From the NCBI GenBank assembly GCA_963794325.1, contig CAWCDG010000003.1, forward strand, positions 32,001 to 96,000: a DNA stretch of 64,000 bases. The letters run 5' to 3'. Of the stretch, positions 1 to 9,339 are shown one piece after another; within the stretch, counting starts at the first letter, position 1, and each line of letters opens with the position of its first letter. The translations under genes and the position numbers were made by a program. This stretch comes from an uncultured delta proteobacterium. Its GTDB lineage: Bacteria; Desulfobacterota; Binatia; Binatales; Binataceae. The notes under the pieces were generated by a model. It was not told where the DNA came from. It ran no database searches and worked only from the letters and a program-made list of their open reading frames with translations.

Positions 1-64
1 GATACCAATCTTCGGCGCGCTCCATCATCAATACGTCCTGGTTTAGGTGTTGACCAGGGACAAT

Positions 65-1555
65 ATGCGCCGCTTCAGCATTGCTCTTGCTCTTTCCACG
101 TTATTGCTCCTGTCGGTCACTTCAGTCCGACAATCGGCCACCGCATCCGTTCCCATGGTGCCGCGCTTCGAGCCGGCGGCCTGCCCGGCACTGCCAGTAA
201 AGGCTTTGGCCAACGCCAGCTGTGGCTACCTCGTAGTCCCGGAGGATCGGAGCCAGCCGCGCGGCCGCACAATCCGACTCATCGTCGCGATCATCCCCGC
301 CCGCTCGGCGAGGCCGGAGCCCGACCCAGTCATCTACCTCGCGGGCGGCCCAGGCGGGATCGCTATCAATGAGGCGGACTTGGCCGTCGCCACCGGCCTC
401 AACCACGACCGGAATCTTATCCTCATGGATCAGCGAGGTACTTTGTACTCCGAGCCGGCGCTGACCTGCCCGGAGGTTGACCAGTTCTTCGTGCGCAGCC
501 TCGGTCTCGCCTTGGATGCTCCTTCGACCGGACGCCTCCATGCGGCGGCGGCGCGAGCCTGCTACCTTCGCTGGGCCGCGACCGGACGGAACCTCAGCGA
601 ATATAACACGACCGAGAACGCGGCAGATTTCGCCGACTTACGCACGGTGCTCGGAATCACCGAGTGGAACGTGTTCGGGGCTTCTTACGGCACCAATCTG
701 GCGCTCACGCTGATACGCGAGCATCCAGAGGGCATCCGCAGCGCTATCCTCGACTCAGTGCAACCGCCGTCGGTCGTAAACGTGGGAAGGTACTGGGGCA
801 ACGCTCGCGAGGGATTCGACAACCTCTTCAGCGCGTGCGAGCAAAAGCGTGGCTGTTGGAGCCGTCCAACTGGCCTCAGCGAGACCTTCGCCCGCTTGGT
901 GCGTGAGCTCGAATCCCATCCGATCACCACTAGCGTGATGCCGGAAAAGGGCAAGCCACCGGTGAAGGTGGTGATCGACGGTGGGAAGCTGGTGAACTGG
1001 CTCGTCGACATGTCCTTCGCGACAGCAGACTACACGCATGTGCCGGACTGGATCGGTGATCTCGCCAAGGGAAATCCGGAGAAAATCGCTTTGTCGATCG
1101 CAAAGCCCGTGTTGACCACTCCCGAAGGCTACATCGGCTACGGCCTGACATACGGCGTCATCTGCGGCGAGTGGGTGCCCTACGAGAGCGAATCCGACGT
1201 GCTGTTGCAGGGGCGGCGCGCTTTCCCAAGCTATCCGGACAGCGTGCTGGCGCCCGCCGTGCACTTCACCTATGTGTACAATGACTGCCGCGGCTGGAAG
1301 GTACACAAGGCCCCCCTGGCGCAACGCTCGGCTACGCGCAGCACCGTTCCAGCCCTCATCCTATCGGGCAGCTTTGACGCCATCACACCGCCAAGCTGGG
1401 GACAAATCGCGGCCCAAACGCTTCCCAACTCAACGGTCCTGGTCATCCCAGCGGTCGGACATTTCGCAGCCCCCGAGTCTCCACGCGCACAGTGCGAGAT
1501 CACATCGTTCCTCACCGATCCGAAAACAACTCGGCGACGAACTCATTGTCAGTGA
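65..1555 (+). CDS. Secreted alpha/beta hydrolase, TAP-like tripeptidyl-peptidase family
   Basis: Signal peptide, GGPG oxyanion motif, DQRG, GASYG nucleophile elbow, C-terminal D and GH. ATG at 65 preferred over GTG at 47. Confidence 0.85.
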   Translation: MRRFSIALALSTLLLLSVTSVRQSATASVPMVPRFEPAACPALPVKALANASCGYLVVPEDRSQPRGRTIRLIVAIIPARSARPEPDPVIYLAGGPGGIAINEADLAVATGLNHDRNLILMDQRGTLYSEPALTCPEVDQFFVRSLGLALDAPSTGRLHAAAARACYLRWAATGRNLSEYNTTENAADFADLRTVLGITEWNVFGASYGTNLALTLIREHPEGIRSAILDSVQPPSVVNVGRYWGNAREGFDNLFSACEQKRGCWSRPTGLSETFARLVRELESHPITTSVMPEKGKPPVKVVIDGGKLVNWLVDMSFATADYTHVPDWIGDLAKGNPEKIALSIAKPVLTTPEGYIGYGLTYGVICGEWVPYESESDVLLQGRRAFPSYPDSVLAPAVHFTYVYNDCRGWKVHKAPLAQRSATRSTVPALILSGSFDAITPPSWGQIAAQTLPNSTVLVIPAVGHFAAPESPRAQCEITSFLTDPKTTRRRTHCQ

Positions 1556-1609
1556 TGACCCAAACTCAAGCCCAGCGGTGCACGCGAGAGATATTGAGAG
1601 GACAAAGTG

Positions 1610-3253
1610 TCAGCTTAAAAAAATACGGCCTAGATAGTCATGAAAGGCGCTTGCCGTTGCGGGCTCGCTGCGATAGCCCACGTAACCGTCGGGACGGATG
1701 AGGTACATGCATTCGGTTTCGGCGCCATAGCGGTAATGGAGCGAACGTTCGGGATCGAGGATGAGGCGTCCATGGAACTTCTCGTTCGAAGGAACGCTGC
1801 CTGCTTCGATGGCCACGAAGTAGATGTTAATCAGGTCGTGCAGACCGCCCTCGACCGACTGAGCCAATTCGGCCAGCCGGCCCCACGACTTAGCCTCATG
1901 GTCGGCGCCGGGGCACAGGAGCAAGGTGTGCTTTGGCCCGCGCATCAACTCGAACAGAGTCGTCGGGCGATTGTCGTATAGCAGCGGCTTGGCGTCGGGC
2001 GCCTCCTCACCCGGTCGGGGGCCGGCCGTGAAGCGCGTCTTTCCAAAGTGGCTGCCTTCGTGCTGATGGCATATCGGACTCTTCGTGTAATTCAGGTCCA
2101 ACTGCTCAATGTGTCGCGCCATGCGCTTGGCTACTTCCGGTGGCACGACCATATTGACGTACATCTGCTGGCGCTGTTCGGGTGAAAGATTGATGAACCC
2201 TTCGAAGCGGTCGGTCAGCACCTTGGTGGTGGCGAGTACGTCTTCGGCAACTGGCCGCCGCTCCTTCTCGTAGCTGTCGAGCAGGTCGGCCGACGCGCGG
2301 CCACGATGGACCAGCGCCAGCTTCCAGGCCAGGTTGTACGCGTCCTGGATGCCGGTATTCATGCCTTGCCCGCCCATCGGGCTGTGGATATGCACGGCGT
2401 CGCCGGCCAGAAAGATGCGTTCGTGGCGATAGTGGCGCGCGGCTCTGTAGTTGATGCGGAAGTAGGCCAGCCAGCGTGGGTCGCGGACACGGATGCCGGC
2501 CGGTCCCCGCTCGGATGCGATTGCCTGCACATCTTCCAGGCTGGGCTGCTCTTTGACCGCGTCGTGCTGCGTTGGCAGGTCAGCAGCCACTAACCACCGC
2601 GCGTTCGGCAGTGGGAAGAAGAAGAGCAGTCCACGGTCGGTCATGAAGGAGTGTATTTCGTCGGGCGCAAGTGCGCCTTCGATCAGCACATCGGCAAGGC
2701 AATACTGATGGAGGTCTTCCTTGCCTGGAAAGTGAATGTGGTTCAGATGGCGTACCCGGCTGTGGGCCCCGTCGCACCCGATGAGCCATGGAGTCTCGAC
2801 CACTTCTTCAGAGCCGGTGCCGCGGCGGATTGTTGCGAAGACCGCGTCGGGCCGCCCGGAAATCGCCACGAGCTCGGTGTCACGGTCGACTTGGATGCGG
2901 TACGTCCCGAGCAGGCGCTCCAACGCTGATTCCGTTTTGCATTGCTCGAGGTTCACGCTGAAGGGATATGGACCGTCGATCTCGCCGCCGCTGGAGTGCA
3001 TGAAGCGCTCGCCGTTGGCGTACTGGCTCATGCCGAGCACTTTGTGACCCTGGGCAAGAATCTCCTCGACGATGCCTAAGTCGTGAAAAATCTCCAGCGT
3101 CCGTGCGTGCACGGAGCACGCGCGGCAATGCGGATTGATTCCGGACTGCCTGTCGATAATGCGGACCGGTGCGCCATGACGAGCCAGTTCACATGCCATT
3201 GCGAGCCCGGTTGTGCCGGCCCCGACGATCAAGATGGGTGAGTTGTTAGCCAT
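1610..3253 (-). CDS. FAD-dependent aromatic monooxygenase (PheA/TfdB-like)
   Basis: GAGTTG, GCDGAHS, LAGDAVHIHSPMGGQGMNTGIQDAYNL, C-terminal LIRPDGYV. Confidence 0.9.
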   Translation of the reverse strand: MANNSPILIVGAGTTGLAMACELARHGAPVRIIDRQSGINPHCRACSVHARTLEIFHDLGIVEEILAQGHKVLGMSQYANGERFMHSSGGEIDGPYPFSVNLEQCKTESALERLLGTYRIQVDRDTELVAISGRPDAVFATIRRGTGSEEVVETPWLIGCDGAHSRVRHLNHIHFPGKEDLHQYCLADVLIEGALAPDEIHSFMTDRGLLFFFPLPNARWLVAADLPTQHDAVKEQPSLEDVQAIASERGPAGIRVRDPRWLAYFRINYRAARHYRHERIFLAGDAVHIHSPMGGQGMNTGIQDAYNLAWKLALVHRGRASADLLDSYEKERRPVAEDVLATTKVLTDRFEGFINLSPEQRQQMYVNMVVPPEVAKRMARHIEQLDLNYTKSPICHQHEGSHFGKTRFTAGPRPGEEAPDAKPLLYDNRPTTLFELMRGPKHTLLLCPGADHEAKSWGRLAELAQSVEGGLHDLINIYFVAIEAGSVPSNEKFHGRLILDPERSLHYRYGAETECMYLIRPDGYVGYRSEPATASAFHDYLGRIFLS

Positions 3254-3445
3254 GCGCGCCGGTTTCCCGAAAGTAATCCTGGAGAAGTAGATTATGCTTG
3301 TGCATGGACACGCTCTACAATCTGGAACATGACAAGTACGCGTCCCTCGACGCTGGTTTGGAAATCAGGTTTCTTGATGAAGTTCCCGTTGAAGACTCGA
3401 TTGCGAGAAACGCCCGACTCTCTTCACTAGACCACGGAGCGCAAG

Positions 3446-4273
3446 ATGCCAAAACCGATTCGAGTCCATCTTATCACCGGAGGATTTCCACCTGGTTCGT
3501 TCGCCGGCCATGACATGGATTACGCGCGGCTGCGTCTGCTCGGCCTGCTGCAGGAGAATTCGCAAGTGCTCACGACGAGCGCGAACGATTTTACGGATGT
3601 CGCGAAGTGGCTGCCCGGGAGCCAATTTCTAATCACCTATGTCGCCGGCCCGTTTCCGGATGACGCTCAGGATGAGATTATTCGCAACTTCCTCAAGTCG
3701 GGCGGGCGATGGCTTGCGCTGCACGGGACCAGCGGCGGAAAAGCGGCGCCGGTCGGCGACCAGCGCTACATCAGGAAAATGGTCAAAGGCCGCTATCACG
3801 ACACGCTCGGCTGTTTTTTCCTGAATCATCCGCCGCTGCGCAAGTTCCGCGTCGAGGTTGCGGATCGCGGGCACTTCATCACCAGGGGACTGCCGGCGTC
3901 CTTCGAGGTGATGGACGAGCTGTATCTAATCGAGCTTCAAGACCCGTCGGCATGCCAGACGCTGCTCACGACCGAACTCGCTACCGATCCCTCGCCCAGA
4001 GGATTCGGTTTCGTTTACGACCGAGACAGCTCGGTCATGCCCGATGGCAAGACGCGCGTACTCGGCTACACCCGCGAGGTCGGCGCCGGCGCGGTCACCT
4101 ATGTCGCGCTGGGCCACTGCCATTCGCCGATTAGTAACGTCCAGCCGTTTGTCGATTCGAGCGTCGAGCCTTCCGGCAAAACTCCCCAGGTGTTCCGCGG
4201 TTCATGGGAGACCGCGGAGTTCGAGATGCTGCTGCGCAACGCGATCGGCTGGGGGACCGGTGCGCGGCCGTAG
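3446..4273 (+). CDS. ThuA-like domain protein
   Basis: GHD near N-terminus, GGRWLALHG, H-I-GLP-F-DELY, YVALGH. Confidence 0.75.
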   Translation: MPKPIRVHLITGGFPPGSFAGHDMDYARLRLLGLLQENSQVLTTSANDFTDVAKWLPGSQFLITYVAGPFPDDAQDEIIRNFLKSGGRWLALHGTSGGKAAPVGDQRYIRKMVKGRYHDTLGCFFLNHPPLRKFRVEVADRGHFITRGLPASFEVMDELYLIELQDPSACQTLLTTELATDPSPRGFGFVYDRDSSVMPDGKTRVLGYTREVGAGAVTYVALGHCHSPISNVQPFVDSSVEPSGKTPQVFRGSWETAEFEMLLRNAIGWGTGARP

Positions 4274-4408
4274 AGCGCTGCCACGTCGAGCGGCGCGTGT
4301 AGCCTCGATCGTTGGCCGCTCAAGCGAGTGATTCAGGCGAGCTATATGCTCAGCGACATGACGCCAGGATTCGGCAAGGTGATCGATCACCTCGAATAGT
4401 CCGGCGCG

Positions 4409-4471
4409 CTAAATCATAAATCCGCCGTCAACGCTGATGACCTGTCCGGTCACCGCGCTGGCGGCGTCGGT
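4409..4471 (-). pseudogene. 3' remnant of an SDR oxidoreductase
   Basis: Translates to DAASAVTGQVISVDGGFMI*, a canonical SDR C-terminus, with no SDR body upstream. Confidence 0.65.
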
Positions 4472-4684
4472 TACTCGCTGGAGTCTCGCGAAGCTGGCGG
4501 GCAGCGGCCGCGGCCTCCGTTCGAGGAGCAATACTTCCTCGGCAAGTACGGAAATCCGTTCCCGCGCGATCCTAAAGTCGTCGAGGAACTGAAGAAATCC
4601 AGGATGCTGCAAACGCCGGCGCCGATTCCAGGGCGCAAGGAGGAACTCCGTCGCCTCGCCAGACAGCTGAATCTGCCGGAATGA
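4466..4684 (+). pseudogene. 3' remnant of a protein gene, possibly nitroreductase family
   Basis: Open frame without a start: VGYSLESREAGGQRPRPPFEEQYFLGKYGNPFPRDPKVVEELKKSRMLQTPAPIPGRKEELRRLARQLNLPE*. Family call is from recall only. Confidence 0.5.
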
Positions 4685-4691
4685 TCGCGGG

Positions 4692-5510
4692 TTACGAGCG
4701 ATCGTTGAAGATGCGCGCGTAGGTCTTTTGTGTTGCCGCCGCCTGCTCCTGCGCTTTTCTGCGCTCTTCCGGAGTAGCCATCTCAGCAATCAGTTTGCGC
4801 TCGAGAGCGAGAGCGTCCTTCAGCGGCAATTCGACCCCGCGATTGACTAACTGCTTTGCGGCTTTGAGCGCATACGCAGCCCGCTCGACATACACCCGCG
4901 CCATCTTCTCGCACTCGTTGAGCAACTCCGCTGACGAAGCGATGCGATTAACCAGCCCTACTCGAAACGCTTCTTCCGCGGTCCATGGCAGTCCGCTGAA
5001 AATCATCTCTTTAGCAACGCCGGCGCCGACCAGGCGTGGAAGCCGTTGCGTTCCACCGCCGGCAGGCAGAGCGCCAAACCGGATTTCCGGAAGCCCAATC
5101 GTCGCAGTGTCTGAAATGACCCTGACATCGCATGCCAGCGCGATTTCGCACCCGCCACCCATCGCTGCGCCGTTGATCGCGGCGATCACCGGCACGCGGG
5201 ATTCTTCGAGCGCACTGAACAGATCGCGCTGCGGAGTTACAAAGTCTCCACTGCCCCGACGCTCCGTGCCGCCAGCCGCTCGCTCGCGAGCGCGCTCAGC
5301 AAAGTCGCGCAGATCGGCCCCGCCGCAGAAGTGTTTGCCGGCGCCGGTGACAATGACGACACGGTACTCGGAGTCCGCTTCCGCCTCCTCCATCGCAGCT
5401 ACCACTTCTTTCATGAGTTGGAAGCTGATCGTGTTCGCGCGATCGGGACGATTCAGCGTCAGGTAGCCGATTCCTTCCTTGCGCTCGAAGATTATCGTTT
5501 CGTATTTCAT
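4692..5510 (-). CDS. Enoyl-CoA hydratase/isomerase
   Basis: LNRP, FCGGADL, AAINGAAMGGGCEIALACD, PEIRFG. Confidence 0.92.
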   Translation of the reverse strand: MKYETIIFERKEGIGYLTLNRPDRANTISFQLMKEVVAAMEEAEADSEYRVVIVTGAGKHFCGGADLRDFAERARERAAGGTERRGSGDFVTPQRDLFSALEESRVPVIAAINGAAMGGGCEIALACDVRVISDTATIGLPEIRFGALPAGGGTQRLPRLVGAGVAKEMIFSGLPWTAEEAFRVGLVNRIASSAELLNECEKMARVYVERAAYALKAAKQLVNRGVELPLKDALALERKLIAEMATPEERRKAQEQAAATQKTYARIFNDRS

Positions 5511-5525
5511 GCTGCTCTCCCTCGA

Positions 5526-6317
5526 CTACATCGCGAACGAATAACCGCCGTTGACTGGAATTGTTTGTCCCGTGATCCAGCTCGACGCATCGGAACTCAG
5601 AAAAAGGATCATATTGGCCGCATCCTCCGGCTCGCCCACGCGCTTGATCTGGTAGGCCTTCAGCATTCGCTTGACCGCTTCGGGATCGGACGTGGCGCGC
5701 TCGATAGCCGGCGTGCGCGTTGCGCCAAGGGCGACACAGTTAGCAGTGATTCCCGCACGGCCGAGGTCCTTGGCGACGGCTCGCATGAAACCCGCGGCAC
5801 CCGCCTTGGCTCCCGAGTAGATCTCAAGATTAGGCTCGCCCACGCGGCCCGCATCGGAGATCACGGTCACGATTTTGCCGTACTTGTTCGCGATCATCGC
5901 GGGTCCCGCCACTCGCACGCAGTTCAACACACCGAAAAGGTTGGTGCCGAGGAACGGCTCCCAGTCTTTAGGCTCCTGCTCCCAGAAAGGTTTGCGTGCG
6001 ACGGCCCTCGGATCGGCGCCGGCGTTGCCCGCATTGTTCACCACAATATCGACTTTGCCGAAGGCAGTTCGCGCTTTTTCAAACATCGCGGTGACCGACG
6101 CAAAACTGGTGACGTCGCACTGCGCCGCCAGAGCTTTGACGCCGAGCTTTTCAACTTCGGCGGCGACAGTTTCCGCACGCTCGAGACGGAAATCGTTGAC
6201 CACTACGCCGCCCGCGTTGTTCTCGGCGAAGCGAAGCGCGACCGCGCGGCCTACGCCTTGTCCTGAGCCGGTAACCAGGCCGACGCGTCCCTTGAGATCG
6301 AGGATGTTAACGCCCAA
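5526..6317 (-). CDS. SDR family oxidoreductase
   Basis: TGSGQGVG, NNAG, YSGAK. Confidence 0.92.
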   Translation of the reverse strand: MGVNILDLKGRVGLVTGSGQGVGRAVALRFAENNAGGVVVNDFRLERAETVAAEVEKLGVKALAAQCDVTSFASVTAMFEKARTAFGKVDIVVNNAGNAGADPRAVARKPFWEQEPKDWEPFLGTNLFGVLNCVRVAGPAMIANKYGKIVTVISDAGRVGEPNLEIYSGAKAGAAGFMRAVAKDLGRAGITANCVALGATRTPAIERATSDPEAVKRMLKAYQIKRVGEPEDAANMILFLSSDASSWITGQTIPVNGGYSFAM

Positions 6318-6343
6318 GTTTTCTCCTCCCGGTAATCTGCGTT

Positions 6344-7555
6344 CTAGACGAGCACTCCCGCCTCGCTCAATTGTGCGATTTCCGTCTCCGACATTCCCAA
6401 AACGGTCGCCAGCACTTGCTTCGTATGTTCTCCGATTCGCGGTCCCCGCCGAGTTGCGGGAAGGCGGGTGCGACCGAGCGAGAAGCGCGGCCCTTCGATT
6501 TCCGCTTCGCCGAAAACCGGATCGTCAATCTTGTTGAGGTGTCCTGCTTCGAGAAGATCGGCGTCGCGGGCGAGGTCGCTACTCCGGCTAACGACATGAG
6601 CCGGCACTCCCGCGGTTTGAAGGAGATGCTCGATCGCTTCGGCCTCCTGTTCGCGCGTCCAACCGGCGATAACTGCCTCCAGCTTGGCGCGATTGCGCAG
6701 CCGTCCGATGATGGTGTCGAAGTCCGCGTCGCGCAGCTTCCCACCGATCGCTGCGCGAAGTGCGTCCCAATGAGCCGGGGCCGAAGCATCGATCGCGATC
6801 CATCGATCTTCCCCGCTGCACCGGTACACGCCCTGTGGAATCTGCAGGGGCGATCCCGCGACTCCGCGGCGTTCCGGAATCGTTCCGTTCGCCGCGTACT
6901 CGTAATATGCCGGCATCATGAACTGAATTCCCGCTTCCGCTTGCGCGACATCCATATAACATCCCATTCCGCCGCGTGATCGGCGGTGGAGCGCCGCGAG
7001 GATGCTCGCGACGATAAACCTCGGCGTCACCGCGTCGGTCCATGGCCCAAAAGGTCCCGCTGGCTCACGATCGGGCCATCCGATTTGATACGTCGCACCC
7101 GACATCGCCGCACCCATCGTTCCGACGCCACTGGTGCCCTTCGCATACGGTCCGGTCTGTCCGAGCAGGCTCGTCGACGCCATGATGATCCGCTCGTTTC
7201 TTTGCCTTAGATCCGAATAGCAGAGATGAAGCGTCTCCAGCACGCCGGGTGTGAAGCTTTCCAGCACGATATCCGCCCATTGAGTAAGCCGGAGCACAAT
7301 CTCTCGCCCTTCGGGACGGCGGATGTCGATCGCGATGCATCGTTTTCCCGCATTGAGGTTGTGATAACTCACCGAGCGTTCGGGGCCCATCTTCCCGTCC
7401 TTGAACGGACCGAGCGTGCGAACCGGGTCGATGCGTTTCGAGCTCTCGACCTTGATCACATCGGCGCCCATATCGGCCAGGTAGCGTCCGCTGGCCGGTC
7501 CAACCATGACCCAGCTCAAATCGAGCACATGCACGCCCGCTAGCGGTGCTGCCAT
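6344..7555 (-). CDS. CaiB/BaiF family III CoA-transferase, likely catalytic subunit
   Basis: PLAGVHVLDLS, LADMGADVIKVE, NAGKR; Asp retained in PWTD. Confidence 0.9.
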   Translation of the reverse strand: MAAPLAGVHVLDLSWVMVGPASGRYLADMGADVIKVESSKRIDPVRTLGPFKDGKMGPERSVSYHNLNAGKRCIAIDIRRPEGREIVLRLTQWADIVLESFTPGVLETLHLCYSDLRQRNERIIMASTSLLGQTGPYAKGTSGVGTMGAAMSGATYQIGWPDREPAGPFGPWTDAVTPRFIVASILAALHRRSRGGMGCYMDVAQAEAGIQFMMPAYYEYAANGTIPERRGVAGSPLQIPQGVYRCSGEDRWIAIDASAPAHWDALRAAIGGKLRDADFDTIIGRLRNRAKLEAVIAGWTREQEAEAIEHLLQTAGVPAHVVSRSSDLARDADLLEAGHLNKIDDPVFGEAEIEGPRFSLGRTRLPATRRGPRIGEHTKQVLATVLGMSETEIAQLSEAGVLV

Positions 7556-7556
7556 C

Positions 7557-8801
7557 TCAGACTGCTCCTGCGACGAACAGCGCCTGGATCTCAGTTTTGG
7601 AAAGACCGAGTTCCGCTTCGAGGATCTCGGCGGAGTGTTCGGACAATTTCGGCGCGGGCCGTTTTATCTCGATCGAGTAGTTCGAGAATTGTGCAAATCG
7701 CGCAGGCGTATCGATTTCGCGGCCCGCCTCGATATTCACCGGCACAAAGAGTCCACGCTCGCGGTACTGCTCATAGCTGGCGACGTCCGCCATGTTCATC
7801 ACGGGCGCCGCCAGTAATCCAAGACGCCGCGAGAATTCTGCGATCTCAGCCTTGCTCTTGGACCGCGCGAGCGACTTGAGTCCGTCAACCAGCGCTTTCA
7901 GATCCGACGGTGAGGTTTTTCGCGCCGGCAGGTCGCCGATGAACGACGGCCAGCTTATCTCGGCGATTCGCCGATCCATGTGCCCCTCTTCAGAGGCCCA
8001 CGTCGCGAGCCGTTGCGTCATCTGCCCGAACACTGGACCGAAGCCTATCGTGATCAACGCGAACCCGTCCGCGCACTCGTAAACACTCGGCACTGGCACG
8101 CCCGCGATCACCATCGCGCCTTGCGTGCGTCTGGCTTCTGGATTGCCCGAGCCTGGAACAAGAGCCTGTCCGAATGCGGCCATCATCGCTGCGATCCTGG
8201 CCGACACCTCGGCGTGCTGTCCCGTCCCGTCGCGGTCGCGTGCGATGAGTGCCGCGAGCGTCGCGATCGCCGCATCGGCGCCCGCCTCCATCATCGCTTG
8301 CGGCACTGGGAAAAAGAGCGGTGGACGATCGAGGTCCCCGGTCATCGCCGGCGCGCCGCTTGCCGCCATCACGGTAAAATCGGTCGCCGCGTATTCGCTC
8401 TTGGAGTTGTTGGGCGTGAATGGAGTGATCGTGCATCGGATCGTGCGCGGCGCGAACTCAACCGAGTCGAGCAACGACTTTCTGCCCTCGCCCGACGCTT
8501 CGAGCACCATGTCAAATTTTCTGGCGAGGTCTCGGATCAGCGCCTTTCCGTCAGGCGACGCGAGATTAAGAGTAATTCCGCGCTTGTTGTAATTGAGCGC
8601 TTGCCAGGTGAGGCTCCGTTCGATTCCGGGAATGTCGCCGAGAAATGGAGCAAGCCGCCGTCCCGGCGATCCCGCAGGGGGCTCGACTGCGACGACATCC
8701 GCGCCCAGGTCCGCAAGGATTCTTCCCGCCATCATGGTCTCAGGCGCGGAGATTTCCAGCACGCGAACGTCATCGAGCATGAGGGCGGCTCCCGCTGTCA
8801 A
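7557..8801 (-). CDS. CaiB/BaiF CoA-transferase, second (possibly non-catalytic) subunit
   Basis: LADLGADVVAVEPP, NYNKRGITL, APKLSEHS; no Asp at the equivalent site (PQAMME). Confidence 0.85.
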   Translation of the reverse strand: MTAGAALMLDDVRVLEISAPETMMAGRILADLGADVVAVEPPAGSPGRRLAPFLGDIPGIERSLTWQALNYNKRGITLNLASPDGKALIRDLARKFDMVLEASGEGRKSLLDSVEFAPRTIRCTITPFTPNNSKSEYAATDFTVMAASGAPAMTGDLDRPPLFFPVPQAMMEAGADAAIATLAALIARDRDGTGQHAEVSARIAAMMAAFGQALVPGSGNPEARRTQGAMVIAGVPVPSVYECADGFALITIGFGPVFGQMTQRLATWASEEGHMDRRIAEISWPSFIGDLPARKTSPSDLKALVDGLKSLARSKSKAEIAEFSRRLGLLAAPVMNMADVASYEQYRERGLFVPVNIEAGREIDTPARFAQFSNYSIEIKRPAPKLSEHSAEILEAELGLSKTEIQALFVAGAV

Positions 8802-8916
8802 TTGCGGCGCGATGCGCAGGACTCGTCATCGGGCCGAAACATACATACATGCTGGTCACCATGCAAAATTGACGCAGACGAAAGTTTAGTCCTATCGTCT
8901 CCAGCGGGAGGCTATC

Positions 8917-9339
8917 ATGCCCAACCGCACGGCCGTTCATCCCGAACTCTACTCGCCAGGCTCCGCCGATAATCCGTCCCTGAGCGGCGGCAAATGCCGC
9001 GTGTGCGGCTATGTCTTCTTTCCTCCGCAGCGCTATGGATGCGAATCCTGCGGTGCGCAGCCCGACCAGCTCGAGCCAGTTCAATTGGCCGGACGCGGCA
9101 CGCTTCATTCATACGCAACTGTTCATCTGCATATGGGCAAGGACATCGAGGCTCCTTTCACGATCGGCCTGATCGTCCTCGATGACGGCCCTGCGGTTCG
9201 ATCCACGCTTACCAACCGCACAGACGCAGGCCTCGCCATCGGCGACCGCATGAAGAGCGTACTCGTTGCGGCTGGCACCGATGAGCAAGGCAAAGAGATG
9301 GTCGAGCTGCGCTTCGCCAAGGCAGAGGCAGACAAGTGA
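8917..9339 (+). CDS. DUF35-like Zn-ribbon/OB-fold protein, thiolase partner
   Basis: CRVCG-FFPP-CESCG, GRGTLHSY; overlaps the thiolase start. Confidence 0.88.
   Translation: MPNRTAVHPELYSPGSADNPSLSGGKCRVCGYVFFPPQRYGCESCGAQPDQLEPVQLAGRGTLHSYATVHLHMGKDIEAPFTIGLIVLDDGPAVRSTLTNRTDAGLAIGDRMKSVLVAAGTDEQGKEMVELRFAKAEADK

Noticed and set aside
4409-4789. 126-aa ORF as an intact gene
   Set aside because: It is a chimeric read-through; only the last 20 or so codons are SDR-like.
5331-8972. Long antisense ORFs here and throughout the window
   Set aside because: Shadow frames of GC-rich coding sequence with no recognisable motifs.
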